This document shows positions 61,849 through 64,000 of a stretch of 64,000 nt of DNA, piece by piece. Both the position numbers and the translations under genes were made by a program. The notes under the pieces were generated by a model, which did not search any database, was not told the origin of the DNA, and saw only the letters and a program-made list of their open reading frames with translations. The DNA is taken from contig CM059432.1 of the NCBI GenBank assembly GCA_030390025.1, positions 49,416,001 to 49,480,000 on the forward strand, read 5' to 3'. The DNA comes from Squalus acanthias (lineage: Eukaryota). The first letter of the stretch is position 1; every line of letters starts with the position of its first letter.

Positions 61849-64000
61849 ACTCCTTTTATTATATCTAATAAAAAATAGATGTTCCTTTGAACCAAGAGCT
61901 CTGCAGTAATACAGAAACACAAGTGAGATCTAGCTGCATACAATATCACATATCCAGCTGCATTCAGATAGATTTCAATTTGTGAGACTATATAGTCCTT
62001 TCACTAGTAAAAAAACCTTTTTTCAAGTGTTTCTGCACTTATCTCTGTTCTCAATCACCTTCAAAATAGTTGGCATCTTGTCTGATAGCTCTTTGGAGCA
62101 GCTTTCCCTCTGGTTACCGGTTATCTATACAACTCACAAGTTGCTGCCCTTTGTCTTTGTTTACTGAAAACCCTAATGCTTGTTAAGTATATTGCAGCTT
62201 CCTCTGACCTTTCCAAGGATTACTACTACCACTTCATGGTTCACTAGCAGGCGTTTGTGGAATGATTTTACTAAAAAATTCCCACAACAGGGTATTTTCT
62301 TTAATCACGATGAAGACACACTGAAATTCATCTTCAGCAGTAATGCAAAATGGGCAATCGTAAATCGGCAGCCCGTTTTACACACAGCCCAATTTTCTTT
62401 TCCAGTCAATTATTATTGCCCATTTTGTGGTACCCCCAGGCCCATTTCATCCCCAATGCTTCTCAGCTAAGTTAAATGTTTGAAAATTCTTCAGTTTAAT
62501 TAGGAATCTGCTAAGTTGTCTTCGGTAAAATTATTTTACAGAGATGAGAGTCTTGTTCTCTTCTTCTCGCGTCCAATGTTTCCAGACAGTGAGCCACAGT
62601 AAATATGGTCTTCCTGTTCCAAACAGTCCAGTACCTCAAGTTATAATCAAACAGTTCCAGATACTTCTAGTTTGAGCTTAATTTTAGCTAGCAAGATTTA
62701 TTTTTTTCCCCAGTTAAATAGTGAACTTTACCTCAAAGTTTACTCCCTCATCACCATATCAACAACCTGATATATATCTGCCAGGCTATTTGTTTAATTG
62801 GGTATTTAATGACTACAATAGCAGATTATAGAGATACTAATTCATTCATTATGTTTTCCTTTATCTTCGTAAGTACTGCTTCTGTGGAACATTTTATTGG
62901 CAGTCGGGGAAGAATGTTCTTATCCCTCGTCATACCTCTCTTCTAGCATTGGCGCTCAGAAAATCACTAAGCTTTTGTGAACCTCACCTCTGTTAGTCTG
63001 CCGGTATTCAGATCCTTAAGTAAGAGTTTTAAAAGAGAAAATACATAGCAATGTTAGCGATATCATCCAGACTGGGTAGAACAACTTTAGCTAGAAGATT
63101 TATTACTCCCCAACATCAAGTGACTGGAAGTGTAATTCAGTTTTAATTTATGATATTTATATGGGGGAAAAACAAAGGTAAGCCATGAGACTCCACCAAC
63201 GGCAGAGTAGGTAGCTTCAAAAGAAATGTTAAATTGAATCTTTCCCTTGAGTTTAACAATTTGACGGTGTGTCACAGTGTTTACTCCACTATGTTAAAAG
63301 TTAATGCAAGCACCACACATTAACTTCTATGAAAAAATGCTTGGGATATATCTTTTTGCTTGGCATTCACTTGGATGTTGTGACACAAACATAAATAGCA
63401 TCGCACTGTTTTTGTGTGATGTTACTATGGCAATTACTATATGCACCTGTTCTCCATCCTCAGGTATGAAACTGGTGATTCTTTATTAATTGTCAAGATT
63501 TGGCTTGGCTGCTGTGCAGTAAGAAAACATTCAGCAGCATCAATGCACTTGAAATTGAATAACTTGACCACATATTGATGTACTTAAACGCTGTTTGTGA
63601 ATCTCTTTTCAGCCATCTTCAGATCAATTGCAAACTCACCAATAATGCTCAAATGCACTAACAATATGTTGTCTTCAAAGTAAAATCATATTCTGCAAAA
63701 GCCAATTTTGCTGGGCTGATTCAGAAATAATACTTTATACTACTGTGAATTTTAATACTACTCATACTTACAACAGTGTAAAAAATCAAACCAATAGGAT
63801 GCTTTGCAAAAAATGTTTAAAGTTCAAATTTTAAACAATTTCTACCTAATCAAAATCACAATATGTATTTTAAATCTGGGTTTACTAATCTTATGACAAC
63901 TGCAGTGTGACCCCCTTCCTCAGGCAGCGCACAGGATAAAGGCGTAAATTCACTAACCAGGACATCTAGAGGCAAGTTGAGCCAATGGCTTTCAAAGGGG

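Noticed and set aside
61870..63500. Repeat-poor stretch with several short ORFs
   Set aside because: No recognisable domain or consistent frame. It could be conserved non-coding or very old TE sequence, which cannot be decided without alignment.

Overview
Eukaryotic, gene-poor and repeat-dense DNA. The repeat families suggest a vertebrate, probably a cartilaginous fish (inference). No host gene exon could be recognised, and nearly all predicted ORFs are transposon fragments or antisense shadows of them. The window is a nested stack of mobile elements. It holds many CR1 LINEs, including one near full-length young copy at 43326-48137 with a 75-bp tandem-repeat 5' end, plus L2 and RTE remnants and Deu-domain SINEs. 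It also holds four decayed PIF/Harbinger transposons (DDE transposase plus convergent Myb/SANT partner), many Harbinger-type MITEs with 3-bp TSDs, and short Penelope-type insertions carrying minimal hammerhead ribozymes. Three observations stand out. (1) A single-ORF APE-RT LINE family, in two near full-length copies, begins with a tRNA-like A/B-box head, and its sense strand appears purged of TTTT Pol III terminators, making it a candidate RNA-polymerase-III-transcribed autonomous LINE. (2) A Harbinger carries a CR1 LINE, and a separate MITE preserves the exact Harbinger-CR1 junction. (3) Recent hammerhead-bearing mini-retroelements have 14-15 bp TSDs, and one of them is palindromic. Coordinates of decayed elements are approximate, and all comparisons were made by eye.
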